From Octopus vulgaris (lineage: Eukaryota): a DNA stretch of 64,000 nt. The position numbers were made by a program, and so were the translations under genes. The notes beneath the pieces are model-generated. The model had not been told where the DNA came from, made no database searches, and saw only the letters and a list, made by a program, of their open reading frames with translations. Location of the stretch: NCBI GenBank assembly GCA_951406725.2, contig OX597827.1:79484001-79548000 (forward strand), read 5' to 3'. Below are positions 12,461 to 27,127 of the stretch, piece after piece (the first letter of the stretch is position 1; each line of letters begins with the position of its first letter).

Positions 12461-13610
12461 GGAAGTAGAACTCTTAGATGAGAATTGTGGTTGTATGTGT
12501 TTAAGCATATCCATAGCTGTGTGTTTTCTTTGTTTGTATGAGTATATTCCTCCAAAATTTAATACTGAAAATGTGTTACTTCTGACAAGAAAACCTATTG
12601 AGCAGGAAATGTTATGAAATTATAATCATATAACGAATTTATATTATTCATTTTTAATACTTTGTTGAGATTGGTGGCAATGGCCTTGAAGAATTATTAG
12701 TATATTCGATAAAATGCCTTGCAGCATTTACTTACAGTTTTTTTCTTTCTAAGTTCAAATCTTGCCAAAGTTGATTTGTCTTTCATCCTGCATAGGCCTG
12801 TCAAGTCTAGGTTTGATTTAATCATCTATATCCTTCCCACCAAATTTGAAACTGTGCCTATGTTAGAAATCATCATTTTACTATTAAAAAGAGTTTATTT
12901 TCATGTTAAAAATTTAGTAAAAGTCTATATAAGAATTTTTGTAATGAAATAATAATTTCAAATCTTAAATAATTTTGTTTAAGTTTTAGTTGTTGCAAAA
13001 AAAAATAATAAATAATCGGTTATATGGCATTGCAATGTCACACAGAAAGGGAGAAGAGAAGAGGGGGAGATTAGTGGGGTGGTGAAAAGTGAGAAGGATT
13101 TTCAATGCTACTGCATGTGTAATTAGCCCTTTCTCTTTTGATGTCATTACTGTTTGAGACCGTAGTAATTCTCTCTAAATATAGCTGCATAAAATTCGAG
13201 GATTTGGCTAGAGAAAGAGAAATGGGCTTTAGTGATATTTTTGAAGAAAGATGGTTATAACTAAGGAAGTGAAACTAGGTTATCATGTATTTTGCACCGT
13301 AAAGACATCTCTGCTTGATTGCTTGTAGAAAATATAAATTCTTGAAATGAAAATGGTAGTCAGTGTGAAAGATATATTAATATTTGTTTTTATCAATGCT
13401 GCAAAGGCTTCAATAAGACTAACATCAGTTTTATGACTTCTACATAAATTTCCGAAATCTATTCAAATATCATAATAAATATATATCTAATAATTATGAA
13501 TACATTTAAATATTTTTAGTGAAATACTAAATTATTTGTTGGTTTGTTCTATGTGTTCTGAGAAGTAAATATTATTTATTGTTATGAGTGTAAAGTAAAT
13601 ACAATGTACA

Positions 13611-13690
13611 TCATACAGGCTCTAAATAGGTTTCTTGTTCTTGTTTACATTTTGGTGTTGGAGGTATATTTGGGTGATAGTTGCTGTATT
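13611..13690 (-). CDS. Pcdh: Protocadherin B terminal coding exon (80 bp)
   Basis: ttttgcag|AATAC; phase 1 matches the upstream exon; (E)YSNYHPNIPPTPKCKQEQETYLEPV*; spliced product 879 aa. Confidence 0.88.
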
Positions 13691-14008
13691 CTGCAAAATA
13701 TATAAATATTAAAGTGATATTAGACAATGTAAGCACCAATATGAAAGAGGAAATAAGGAAATTGATGCACTGATAGTATTTGTTTGTAATGAACTTGGAA
13801 ACATGTTTATTTTCTGATTGGATTTGTTTAATAGTTTTGTAAAGATTTGTATGCTTTATAATAATTTCTCAGTATGTTATTTGTTACAAAACGATAACAA
13901 AAAACTATTGTATTTATAGTAATAAAGTATTTTTTATCATTCAATTCAATTTAACTTAGTTTTTTAAAAACATCTTCATAAGAATTTTTGATTTATTTTT
14001 ATAATTAC

Positions 14009-14168
14009 CTGATATACCAGATACTTGATGTGTAATGTCACCATCACTCCACCCACGGTTCTGTTCCTTATGTGAGGGTAGAGTGCCATTCAAGTTATTT
14101 GCTGTGATAATACTATCATTATAACATTTTTGTTCAGCTCGGTCCTCTACCATATCTTTATTATAATT
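14009..14168 (-). CDS. Pcdh: Protocadherin B cytoplasmic exon (160 bp)
   Basis: tttgtcag|AATTAT...TATCAG|gtaatt; NYNKDMVEDRAEQKCYNDSIITANNLNGTLPSHKEQNRGWSDGDITHQVSGIS (inside ORF 13956..14225). Confidence 0.9.
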
Positions 14169-14354
14169 CTGACAAAAAAAAAAAAAGAGAGATAAATGGA
14201 AAACATTTTTTAACAATGTTTTCATTGATGACTACATGCAGCAAATATTAAGTGTATAACTAAAGAGAAAAAAACAGTACGACTTTTATCAAAATATATT
14301 TATCAAATATAACAGATTTGACTTTAGCTGAATTTTATTTGTAATATCATATAT

Positions 14355-14670
14355 CGGTTTCAAATTTTGACAAGAGGCCAACGATTTTGGGGAAGTGGGT
14401 ATGTTAATTACATCAACCCCAATGTTCAACTAGTACTTCTTCCATTGATCCCAAAAGGATGAAAGGTAATGTTGACCTTAGTGAATAGGAACATAAAGAG
14501 GGACGAAAAGCCACTAAGCATTTTGTTTGGCATGCCAATGATTCTGCCAGTTCACTGCCTTATAAAGCCAAAGTTAACCCTGGCAGCATTTGAACTCTGA
14601 ACATAAAGTTGGAAGAAATGCTGCTAAGCAATTTTCCCACATGGTAATGATTCTGCCAGCTCACTGCCAT
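14355..14670 (+). mobile_element. SINE-like repeat fragment (related copy at ~4340-4560)
   Basis: Shared ATCCCAAAAGGATGAAAGG core and internal duplication of ATGATTCTGCCAG(T/C)TCACTGCC. Confidence 0.55.
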
Positions 14671-16829
14671 ATTTGTAAAATATATTAAATTAAAACATGG
14701 GTTGCATGTTCAATGGGCACTGAATAGTTCTTTTTTTTTATTTCTAAGTATGAATATAATTTTTATCATGCTAGTATTCTTTGAATTCATGAATATAATA
14801 TGTAAATAAAATATTGGAACTATAATTTCATGGCTAGACAAGTAATCTATTTCCATTTATAAAAATGGAAAATGGAATCATATTTTTCAGTTTTCATTCA
14901 TTGTTGTGTCTAAGAATGAGCAAACAATACTGCTGAAATGTAAATATTAATTTACTTCCGAAAACTAAGCACAGAAAGTAATTCTAGTGTGGGGTTAATG
15001 TGTAACATAAATTCTGTGTAGGTAATGAGATACATGAAAGCGTGAGAAAAAATGTTCAGTCTTCATAAAAAAAAATAATTCATTTACTGTTATAAATTTA
15101 TGGATAGGAAGTATGATGGATGGTGAGAAGTTAGAAGATAGATTTAATAATAGGGATTTAAAATGGGTGAAGTGCAGTTGGAATACTCAAAAAAAGAGGG
15201 TAAGATGAAACAACAACGTGATTTAAATGAAAGTTAGCATTTTCAATTAGGAAGATTTTGTTGATGATATGAAAATATTTTTGTTTGTTAAATTTGTTTC
15301 CTAACAAAGCAAGTTTGTGTGTCACCACAGCTATGACAGTTATTATTTGCAAGGTACACTTAAGACTTGTTGAGCAAAAGATCAAGGTTAAGATAATGCG
15401 TGTATCATAAAATATAGTCAATTTATTGATGTTGTTTTGGCGAATTTTAGTATGTGTACTGAAAAGATTACTTTAAGTTGGGACTTGGTGATCAGTATAA
15501 TATAGTTCTTTCAAATAACTAATTTTAATATTTTGGGTATATTAGATATCATCACACTACCTATTGAAGGAAACACATAAGATATTCATAAATGGAAAAT
15601 GTATAATGAAGAAGAGCTATTGATATTAAGAGCTAAGATATTGGATTAAAATTATGTGATAATTATGTTTATCTTAAGAGAATAAAGATGAACCACAGGG
15701 TTATGTAACTTAGTGGTTAGAGTGTTGGGCTCACTATTGTTAGGACATGGTTTTGATGCTTGGATCAGGCAGTGCATTGTGTCTTTCAGCAAGACCTGTT
15801 ACTTTCATTTAATCAATCTTGTCAGTTTAAACTAAAATATTATACTAAAATGCATTCTGACTTCTTCACTAGTTCTGTATTCAAGTAAATATGGTCAGAA
15901 AAATACACAAATGTGCTTCATTTTCTTTTTTGAAGCTCTGGAAAGTGTCATTGAATGGAGTAGCCAGCATATAAATTACTGCACAAGCCATTTACAAGAA
16001 AATATAAACTTATATCTCCAGATATCTAGCAGATCAAAACTCTTGTGAGATAAATAGCTAGTATTTTATGAGAGTGACTTCTAAAATCTATCCCTGAAAA
16101 TAAATCCCCTACTTTGAGTTGTAAGACTTACTGTCATAATCCATTTTAAGTTTCACATTCTAAAATATATTGCAAAATATATGACAAGGACTGATTTATT
16201 ATTTTTACTTAGACAGCAAGACTCACATACATTATTTTGGTTCAGATTGCCATTCTCCTATCTAGAATTCATGTTGCCTTCTACGATTGGCATCTTGACT
16301 GCATTACTAGGAATGTTATTTACTTAATGGATAAACTTCCCTTCATAAGTAATCCATGGAACCTTAATCAGTATGCTAATAGGTTGTCATTATATCTTTT
16401 TTTTGTTATTAGTCACTGTGGTATTGAACATTTATGGGAGATGTCTGCTTATGTGCTCATATACTAGTTGCATTGACTTTTCTGCTCTCAAACTAAAATA
16501 GTGCTTGCTTTACAGGACATCAATGAAACACTGCATTAGGTAATTTAGCATCTGAGTGGATGCTCTATCCTATGTAAAGCATTGAAAGAAATTGAATGAT
16601 CATAATCATGTTAAATGAAGCAGCCTCATGTGCCCATTCCAAGAAATTTAACTACAAATCATTAAGAGTATTTGCTCATCTCCATCAAAAAAATTTACAA
16701 TGTAAAACACAATCTTCAATATTCATATCAAGGAAAAGGCTTTCTGTTAATAGTTTAATTATGTGCTTATAATGTGTTGATATTGAATTATAAATATATT
16801 TATAGTTGTTTACAGATGATGAGACTTAC

Positions 16830-19229
16830 CTGAGGAAGTGATGGTAATCTTCTGTGTGTTGTTGCGAATTTCCATCCATTGGCTGATTGTTCCATCTCTG
16901 GATAATATGGACTTTTGGGGTTTATTGACTGAAGATTTCTGTTAAATATCTCTTCAGCATTCTGAGTTATTGCAACAGGATTGTTAGTCTGATACAGAAT
17001 TTGTCTCATTTCAGTCTGAGAGAGAAATTTTGGATTATCTTTTGTTGTAGGTGAATTATTAATGTGATTAATACATTTGAAAACACACATTGTTATTGAC
17101 ACTACAACAGCCACAGATAGTATTACAGCTGCTGCTACAATAATAATTATCCAAGTCATATTCAGGTTGTTACCAGACTGTGAGTGGACAGTAGTCAACA
17201 TTGGAGATGTATCATTACTAACAAACAGTGTTAGTATGATAGCAGTTGTTGCTGATTGAACTGGAGTACCACCGTCTTTCACTGTAAACTGCAGTTCATA
17301 TGTTCCTGCATCATTTTGGTAAACTGTGCGAGAGAAAGATAACACACCAGTGTGTGAGTTCACTGTAAACAGGTTTTTATCATTGGATCTAAGTATTCCA
17401 TACGTGAGGAAAGCATTGTTTCCAGTGTCTTTGTCAGTTGCTTTCAGAATTGTGATGTCCTTCTTACTGTGTGGATGGTAGTGGACATCGAGATTGTAAG
17501 GGTCATTATTAGGAAAGATGAAATAAGGTGCATTATCATTTTTATCTAAAATCTCTATAAGAATATTGGCAGTGTTATTCAGAGAAGGCATTCCATTGTC
17601 TTTGACTAATACCTGTAAATTATAGATGTCTTTCACTTCCCGATCTATTGGTTGTGATGTAGAAATAAATCCATATTTTGTCAGTTGGAAAGGAATGTTA
17701 TCATTGTTGTTATCATTGATGATAGAATATGTAAGTTGGCCTCCATCTCCAAGATCAGGGTCCGTAGCATTGATGAAGCCAATAGGGAAGTCAACTTTCT
17801 GGTTTTCATAGGTGAGGAATTGGAATGTCTCTTTGGTAAAATGTGGTTCTACATCATTGACATCAGTTACTTTGACAGAGAACTGTTTCTTAGTCTTTAA
17901 TGGAGGTGATCCCATGTCATGACATACAATAGAAACAATATAATGATCTATAGTTTCTCTGTCAAGAGGTTCTTTGACCAATATTTTATATTCTTTAGAA
18001 CCCATATTAGAAAGCTGGAACATTTTATGATGAATATTACATTTTATTTGTCCATTACGTCCACTGTCGGTGTCAATGACCATAACATAAGCTATAAAAC
18101 TACCAATTTTACTTCCTTCTGAAATAGCAGTAGAAGTTTTTGTTAGTGGAGATACAAAATCTATATTTATTGTTGGTGCATTATTCTGATTGTTAATTAT
18201 ATTAATAATTAATATTGTTGTAGAACTTAAAGATGGTTTTCCACCATCTCGGGCTTCAATGTATAGTTGGTATTTACTTTCTTTATTACTTAAGAAATTA
18301 TTATTAAGGAAAATTTCTCCAGATTTGCTCTTCAATTTGAAATGTTTTCTGGCATATTTATTTGTATTTCTATGTAAATAGTAAGTAACATTCCCATTTT
18401 GGCCAGAATCTAAATCTGTTGCTGATAAAACAAAAACAGGAGAAGATTTGTGATGTGTATCACTGATGGAAATATTATATGATTTCTCAGTAAACACTGG
18501 TTGGTTATCATTGACATCTGTAACTGAGATTTCTATCTTCAAAGAACCTTCTTTTTGTGGAGAGCCACCATCTTTAGCCATCAACAGTAACATATAAGTG
18601 TCTTTTAATTCTCTGTCTAACATTTCTTCTAGGGTTATTTTAAGTAAATTTATTCCATCAAACCCTTTAAATATGGAGAGTGAGAATTTCTTACTTTTGT
18701 CTTTGAGTTTATATGTAATCTTAGAATTTGGAAGACTAATGTCTTTATCAACAGCATTTGGTATTGATTTTGTTGATCCTTTTGCTTCAGTTTCACCAAA
18801 CTCTATTTTAATTAGATCCTCTGAGAACTCTGGTGAATGGTCATTGATATCTTCTATTAATATATTTATCTTTAATATTTTTATGAACGTTTCTGCTTTC
18901 CTCACTGCAACCTTAAGAATCCTTGAACATTCCTTGTTGTATGTACATAGAGTTTCAGCATCCAGTGTTTGAGTAGTGTAGAGTTTTCCTGAGTTGGTGA
19001 CATTAAATAAGTGAGAACCACTTTCCACTGTCCTTTGTAGTTGTGTAAATGTAATGAGAGCGCGTTGCTCATGTTTGAGAGGGTGTGATAAGTTGGAGTC
19101 AACAGCAATGTCTCCTATATAGGTGTGAGGACTGTCTTCTTCATTGATATAGTATGAAATATCTACAGCTATGACTGCTTTTATCCAAACATGCAAAATG
19201 TAAAATTGTAAAATATTATTTCCAATCAT
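16830..19229 (-). CDS. Pcdh: Protocadherin B, large exon
   Basis: 809-aa ORF, six EC repeats + TM; donor CAG|GTAAGT at 16830/16829; acceptor catttaag| at 19262/19261. Confidence 0.97.
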
Positions 19230-22219
19230 TGTTTTATTTCATTGTTCTTGAATCCATATTACTTAAATGAAAGAAGAAAACATTGAATTTAATCATAGAA
19301 TTTTTGTTGAAATTTACATTTAAGTATTGATGTTGCTTTAAAGCTTGTCATATTTCAATTATCACCATATGTATGAATTTTGATAAATTTTTAACAAGGT
19401 AAAATAGGCAATAAATTGAGGTAAAACTTAAAACAAAAGGAGTAATGAATCAGCAGATTTTTTTCACAAGACGTCTTCCCAGGGTACAGATTTCATACTT
19501 AACATTTTGCCAATAGTTTAAATCATAACATATCTCACAAAAATGAATAACTGGCTGCCCAAATTGAATTTCCATGTCTTGTCAATTTATGTTATTTATG
19601 TTTTCAATAGAAATAGTATTTTTTAGACTGCTGTATCTTGCAGAATATTAGACATTCATCAAAGAGAAAACAAGCACTACACAATAGAGTTGTTACATGG
19701 GAGAGATTTAATTGACAATGAGATGCCAGTAAGGCTACATTGGAGGGAAGAATGATAAAAAAACTGAATAAACTCAGCAAAGAAACTGCATTTGTTGCTC
19801 ATGTTATACAGTGGTGCAATCAACTTTTTTTCACTCAAGAAATTACTGCTGCACAGATTTTTGACAAAACATAAAAGCATTGCTAACTTTCAAATTGCCA
19901 TTGAGTGAGTTCAATTATTGCCCCAAAATTGTACAATTCAATTGTAATTACTGAAATAATGTTACAAGTTGACTTTATTAACTTGTTTCATACAAAAATA
20001 TTTCACAGTTAGTCTGTGAGAATGCTTATAGGCAGTCACTATACATGATGTGCGTAAGTAAATTTCTTTCAAGAATACACCTACTCTGTTTGATATGTTT
20101 AATGTCTTGAATACAAGATAATAACCATTGCAGCACTCGTCACTACTGGGGTTGAAACTAGATTTGCCTAACACCATGCATCCAAGTGATCTGGGTATAG
20201 AAACTTTAGGAGCAATGCAGATTCATATCATTGGCCTGAATGTTTATTTACTTCTGAGAAGCACTTTCTGTAAAGAATTGCATTATTTTCCTTTCTTTCT
20301 TTCACACTATATATGCAGCTGATTAACCAATATCATATATCTAAAGCAAAAAAACCATGGTCCAATTCTCTCATTACTTCTATCTTATCCACATCGATGT
20401 GGACATGTACTTACACTTTGCCCCACCCTGACACTTAAATTGTGCTTGGAAGCAAAGTCCCCTGAATCGGCAAAATATTTAGATATTCATGCGAATTCAA
20501 ATGACTCCAAATATCAATAGTGGTCACCCAATGTATTCGTCTGGTGAGTTGTAAGAAATTCATGTGTTTGCTTTTAATTATGCCAGGTTTTAAAAAAAGT
20601 AGTGCTGAAACATAAGCTGTGGAAAAACTGGTGTCTTATCTGTATAAATTAGGTGTAACATTTGAAAACCACAGAGTTATTTCCCTTGTTATCTCTGTAT
20701 ATTTCCTAACACTTCCATTCATTTATACTTTATACTGAAATATTTGAGGTGATTTAACTAATACAGCTCAGTATTATTGCCATTGTTTGCTGAAATTGAA
20801 ATACCTTTATATAATGTGGTTGTTCTGCTGAACAAATCTTCAATGCATGATATGTGTGCATCCTATGATGAACTGCAAAGCATATATTGCAGGTTTTGTA
20901 AGAGTTTTTTTTTTTTTTTTAGGAATATGAAGACAAATTGGGTGGGTGGAAGGACTTATGTTGGACTGGCATACTTTCTTTTTGATTTAAGGAACTGTTT
21001 AGAGACTATTGTAGCAGTTGCTATATTTTCTTTAAATGCTGGGATAGTGAGTACTTGGAAATATGATTACTAATCTGATGACATTGGTTTTTATATCCCC
21101 TGCATGTAGGATGAAAGACATATAGTCAATACACAGTAAAAATGGTAGATTATTAAGAATCCTTGGTTGCTAACATTTGCTTGTGTAATAAAAACATAGA
21201 CTAAATGCTTTACAGCATATAATTTTGTGTCACTGGATTAAATCAACGTTTTTAAAGGAAAATAAACTAACAGCAATAATATAATTGCAGTATAGGTGTT
21301 TATAAGCCATTTAAAAACACGCAAAATCCGTTAGATTCACTTCAACATTTAAATATAATTTGTGAAAATATTTTCATCACTTTGAACCTGTAACCTGTTC
21401 ACTGACAAAATTCTGTACAACAATCTTAGATCAAGTCATTTGCTATGCAAGTACATCTCTGTAATAATATAATTATATCAGTTTAATCATCTATATAGGT
21501 TGTTGTTGTTTTTTAACAAGAGGAGAATAATTTTCTGAAAGTAATTGATTCATATTATATTTTAACAAAATATTTATAGTGATGTATTTCTTTAGATATT
21601 TAAGTTTGTATCATTAGAGATATGCATAATGATAATTTCTATATCAGTCAAGAATCCCTCCTCACCAAGTTATAGTGAATAGTAACTGGGAACTGAGACG
21701 TCAATAGCTTTAAGGAAATTGATTACAAATTAAATAACTGCATTAATGAAGAAGAAAGGAAGAAATAACAGATTCTTCTCACAGAAAAATCTGAGGCTTA
21801 GATGAACATGTACTATTGTATATCTAAATTTTTTACTAGCCGCTAAATATAAATTGAGTGACATCTCTGTGCTTAATTATCAACATTTGTGAAAATTAAT
21901 AAAACAATTTTCAGTTGTCCAAATTTACAAAATAATTTTATAAATAACATTAGATAAGTAAACAAATATAAATTTTCTAATCAGAATTTGTGCAATGGCA
22001 CTGCTGGAAGTATTTTCATTGAAGTGAATATACTGCAGTAACTATCTTCATTAAATAAATGGCTGCAATAATTGTTTTTGGTAATGCAATAGTTAATGGC
22101 AAGTTTCTTTATATAATTCTCATAACAGACTTTCTAGATTTTATCAGGTTATTATACCTCACTATCAACTATATACTACGAAAATATTAATTGAGAATAT
22201 GAACTATAAAGCAGCTTAC

Positions 22220-22340
22220 CTTCATTACTTAATCCTTTGTTTGGGCTTCTTATAGAAGACATCTGTTCTTGCGTAGTGTTCCAGTATAACTGCTGCTATA
22301 GTAGCATCTTGTTAGTGCAGATTCGTGAGTCATAGAAGAT
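22220..22340 (-). promoter_or_regulatory. Conserved promoter / non-coding first exon of gene B
   Basis: TGACTCA at 22326-22332; CTACTATAGCAGCAGTT; ends GGATTAAGTAATGAAG|GTAAGC. Confidence 0.7.
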
Positions 22341-23095
22341 GCATACACAGCATTTAATATATTCAGATGTATTTCAGGGGTGTTAAATTTTTTATAAATT
22401 TTACAATATGTAAATCTAATTTTATGTAAAGTATGTAACATATTTAAATATATTTTAATTATCATATTATATCTTGAACACGCATCTTTTATATTTTTCT
22501 ATGAAATATGCATAGATTATATATTGCATTTATATACATGCATACACACTGAGTTCTGCAGTATATAAACTGTCAATTTCTAATGACAATTCCACATATA
22601 TTGAACTACAAAATATCCTGTTTAATTTCATGTTACTGAAAGTTTTCTGTTATTCTATTGATGTTATTTCATTATTTAGTAACATTTTTTCAAAAATAGA
22701 TCAAAGAAAGTAAACACCTTAGGGTAATCTTTTTCTCCTATTTTCTGAGTTCAAATTCAGCTCTTGTTTTTTTCAAAATTACTAAAATAAGTACATTAAA
22801 GTAATAATATACAAGTGCCAGTTGTAATAAACTATTCTGTTATTTAATTTGATGATTTAGTTTTGTTTTACACTTACAGCATAGGTTTAAAGAAAATAAT
22901 TGCAAAACGGTATGTTTTCAGGATATGGTTTTGAATGAATTAGTTTATATGTGCTAAATAATATATTATAATTATATAATCAAATTAGAAATAACAATTT
23001 AATTCAATTGCAGTTTTGATGCTTAAACTTTAAAAAAGTACTATTAATATTTTTCACAGCAATGAATTGGAGGTTTGTTTCTTTTGAGTTCACAA

Positions 23096-23175
23096 TTACA
23101 CTGGTGCTAGATATGTATCTTGTTCATGATCACTTTTTGCTGTGGGGGGTATGTTTGGTTTGTAGTTACTGTATT
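23096..23175 (-). CDS. Pcdh: Protocadherin C terminal coding exon (80 bp)
   Basis: tcttccag|AATAC; (E)YSNYKPNIPPTAKSDHEQDTYLAPV*; spliced product 877 aa. Confidence 0.88.
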
Positions 23176-23642
23176 CTGGAAGATAAAGGGATATATTTTA
23201 AATAGAAACTTTTAAAGGAATATTATATTTCTGAAAAATAATACAAAAACTATTTTAAAACTAATTACATGTTGATATTATATTAGTTTCTCTTTCATCT
23301 TTATAAAATATTGAGAAGGTTAATTACTTGTTAACTTATTTACTTTCAGTGATTTATATTTGTTGTCATTTTATAGTATATCTTTTATGTATTAGAATAG
23401 AAAAGATTTAATGTTTTAAATATATTATACAATTGTACTGGATGTTTTATTGGAAATTAAGAAATCTGTCTTAAAGATATGTTTTACAATTAATAGTATG
23501 TATGTGAATTATGAATAGTATGTGTGCAACCTATGATGAAGTACAAATCTTATCTTGTAGGTTACCATAGTTCTTTAAAAGGGTTTTAAAATGATTTTTC
23601 AGATTATGGAACAGATTGAGGAGTGAGAAATGCTTAAATTAC

Positions 23643-23790
23643 CTGACGTCTGATATGTAATATCTCCTTCACTCCATCCACGGTTGTGATCTTTTTGAGA
23701 TGGCAATGTATCACTTAGGTTGTTTGATGTCACAATATTGCTGCTGTCACTTTGTTCACATGATACATCCAAAACCTGCTTATTGTATAT
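23643..23790 (-). CDS. Pcdh: Protocadherin C cytoplasmic exon (148 bp)
   Basis: ttgacag|ATATAC...CGTCAG|gtaatt; IYNKQVLDVSCEQSDSSNIVTSNNLSDTLPSQKDHNRGWSEGDITYQTS. Confidence 0.9.
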
Positions 23791-24721
23791 CTGTCAATGA
23801 AATACCAAAGATTTACATGTGTATTTGGGAAGTTATGATTCACACTGTTTTATTTCAATGACTTATGTTTTATATCTTACCAGAAAAACTAATCTGAATT
23901 CTGTTAAATCTAATAAATTTTGTAATATATTTGAACTAATTAAAACATGGTTGCTAAAGCAGTAGCTCTGTATAATATGGTTCTGAATTTATGAAATACC
24001 TCTGAAATAAACTGAGATTTTTTAAGGTACTACTTTCATTTTTAGTGGGTTTTGAACAGAAACAACTGGAGTTTGTTCCAGTAAGTTTATATGGACAAGA
24101 CTTAAATTGATTTTATATGAGAATTTAAAATTTGGAGTATTTGTATTCATGGTTTTTAGCACATCATAATTGTTCATTAGAAAATTTGAAACCAATTGGA
24201 AACTCCAATGAGATTGTTTGATCTATTAGAAATAGTAAGTAAATCTTCCTCAAATCACTACCTGCCATGTTAGAAGTACAAGTACACATTTGGTTGAGGA
24301 CAATGTTGTCTTAGATACAAAATTTCCTTAAAAAAAAAAAAGAGATGAACTGTTATAAATGGAAATTAGATTGTAGGTTTGTTCATTCATGTCTGGACCT
24401 AAGTTTAACAACAACAAAAGCAGAAAAAGAGAGCTTTCTAGCAAAAAACAAAAAGCAAATAAATTGTACTATTAGACAATTATGAGGACAGTAGACAGGG
24501 GAATTGACAAATCACTATTTAGTTAAATCATGACAGTGTCAACTTTTAATGAACTTTGGTTCATAAAGTCATTCCAGTAAAGAACTGGGAAGATATAATC
24601 AACATTACCACTTACTCATTCTTTTCTTAGAATTAATATACAAATCAAACAGAAATATTTAAATTAATAAACACAAATGAAGAAAAATAATGTGTAAAAA
24701 GTAGATTTATGGTTGACATAC

Positions 24722-27127
24722 CTGTGGAACTGGTGGAAGTCTCCTGGGTGTTGTTGAGAATTTCCATTCATTGGCTAATTGTTCCATCTCTGGATAATAT
24801 GAGCTTTTGGGGTTTATTGACTGAAGATTTCTGCTAAATATATCTTCTGCATTCCGAGTTATTGCAACAGGATTATTAGTCTGATACAGAATTTGTCTCA
24901 TTTCAGTCTGAGAGAGAAATTTTGGATTATTTTTTTCTCCAGATGAATTATTGAAGTGATTAATACATTTGAAAACACACAGTGTTATTGACACTACAAC
25001 AGCCACAGATAGTATTACAGCTGCTGCTACAATGATAATTATCCAAGTCATATTCAGATTGTTATCAGACTGTGAGTGGATAGCAGTCAACATTGGAGAT
25101 GTATCATTACTAACAAACAGTGTTAGTATGATAGCAGTTGTTGCTGATTGAACTGATGTACCACCGTCTTTCACTATAAACTGCAGCTCATATGTTCCTG
25201 CATCATTTTGGTAAACTGTGCGAGAGAAAGATAACACACCAGTGTGTGAGTTCACTGTAAACAGGTTTTTATCATTGGATCTCAGTATTCCATATGTGAG
25301 GAAAGCATTGTTTCCAGTGTCTTTGTCAGATGCTTTCAGAATTGTGATGTCCTTCTTACTGTGTGGATGGTAGTGGACATCTAGATTGTAAGGGTCATTA
25401 TTAGGAAACGTAAAATATGGAGCATTATCATTTTTATCTAGAATCTCAATAAGAATGTTAGCAGTGTTATTCAGAGAAGGTGTTCCATTGTCTTTGACTA
25501 ATACCTGTAAATTATAGATGTCTTTCACTTCCCGATCTATTGGTTGTGATGTAGAAATGAATCCATATTTTGTCAGTTGGAAAGGAATGTTATCATTGTT
25601 GTTATCATTGATGATAGAATATGTAAGTTGGCCTCCATCTCCAAGATCAGGGTCTGTAGCATTGATGAAGCCAATAGGGAAGTCAACTTTCTGGTTTTCA
25701 TAGGTGAGGAATTGGAATGTCTCTTTGGTAAAATGTGGTTCTACATCATTGACATCAGTTACTTTGACAGAGAACTGTTTCTTAGTCTTTAATGGAGGTG
25801 ATCCCATGTCATGACATACAATAGAAACAACATAATGGTCTATAGTTTCTCTGTCAAGAGGTTGTTTCACCAATATTTTATATTCTTTAGAACCCATATT
25901 AGAAAGTTGAAACATTTTATGATGAATATTACATTTTATTTGTCCATTAGGTCCACTATCAGTGTCAGTAACCATAACATAAGCTATAAAGCTTCCAATT
26001 TTACTTGCTTCTGAAACAGCAGTAGAGCTCTCTGTTAAAGGTATTACAAAATCTATATTTATTGCTGGAGCATTATTTTGATTGCTAATAACATTAATAA
26101 TCAGCATTGTCATGGAGCTTAATGAAGGATTTCCACCATCCCTAGCTTCAATATATAACTGATATTTACTTTCTTTATTTCTAAAGAAATTATCATTGAT
26201 GTAGATTTCTCCACTTTTAGAATTTAATTTGAACTTATTTTTGGTATGTTTATTTGTATTTCTATGTAAATAGTAAGTAATATGTCCATTTTGACCAGAG
26301 TCTAAATCTGTAGCTGATATATGAAACACAGGGGAAGATATGTGATGTGTATCACTGATGGTAGTATTATATGATTTTTGTTTAAAAAGTGGTTGATTAT
26401 CATTGACATCTATAACATGTATTTCAATATTCAGAATTCCTTCTTTTGGTGGAGAACCTCCATCCTTGGCCACCAACTGTAATGTATAAATGTTTTTAAA
26501 TTCTCTGTCTAATTTTTCCCCAAGTGTTATTTCCAGTAGGGTTACCTCATCAAATCCTTTAAACATAAGTAGCGAAAATTTATTACTTTTATCTATTAGT
26601 TTATATGTGATGTTAGAATTGAGAAGACCAATGTCTTTATCAACAGCATTTGGTATTGACTTTGTTGATCCTTTCCCTTCTGTTTCATAAAATTTGACTT
26701 TTAATTGGTTCGTTGGAAACTCTGGTTGATGATCATTAATATCTTCTATAATTATTTTTATCTTCAATATCTTTATAAATGTTTCTGCTTTCCTTACTGC
26801 TACTTTAACTACTTTGAAACATTCTTTCTTATATGTACAAAGTGATTCAGCATCTAATGTCTGAGTAGTGTAAAGTTTTCCCAAGTTGGTGATATTAAAT
26901 AAATTAGTTCCACTTGCAACTGAGCGTTGTAATTGTGTAAAAGTAATGAGAATGTGTTGTTGATGTGTGAGAGGGTGTGTTGTTAAGTTGGAATCGATTG
27001 CAATGTCTCCAATGTAGGTGTGAGGATTGTCTTCTTCATTGACATGGTATGTAATATCCACCATTACAACAGAGTACATCAATCCACAGATGATGTAAAA
27101 CTTTAGAATGTTGATTATCATCATCAT
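24722..27127 (-). CDS. Pcdh: Protocadherin C, large exon
   Basis: 806-aa ORF, six EC repeats + TM; donor CAG|GTATGT at 24722/24721; acceptor tttttag| at 27168/27167. Confidence 0.97.

Noticed and set aside
23530-23650. ATGATGA as box C of an intronic C/D snoRNA (also ~20865)
   Set aside because: Antisense to the host gene, with no consistently spaced D box or terminal stem in the two copies
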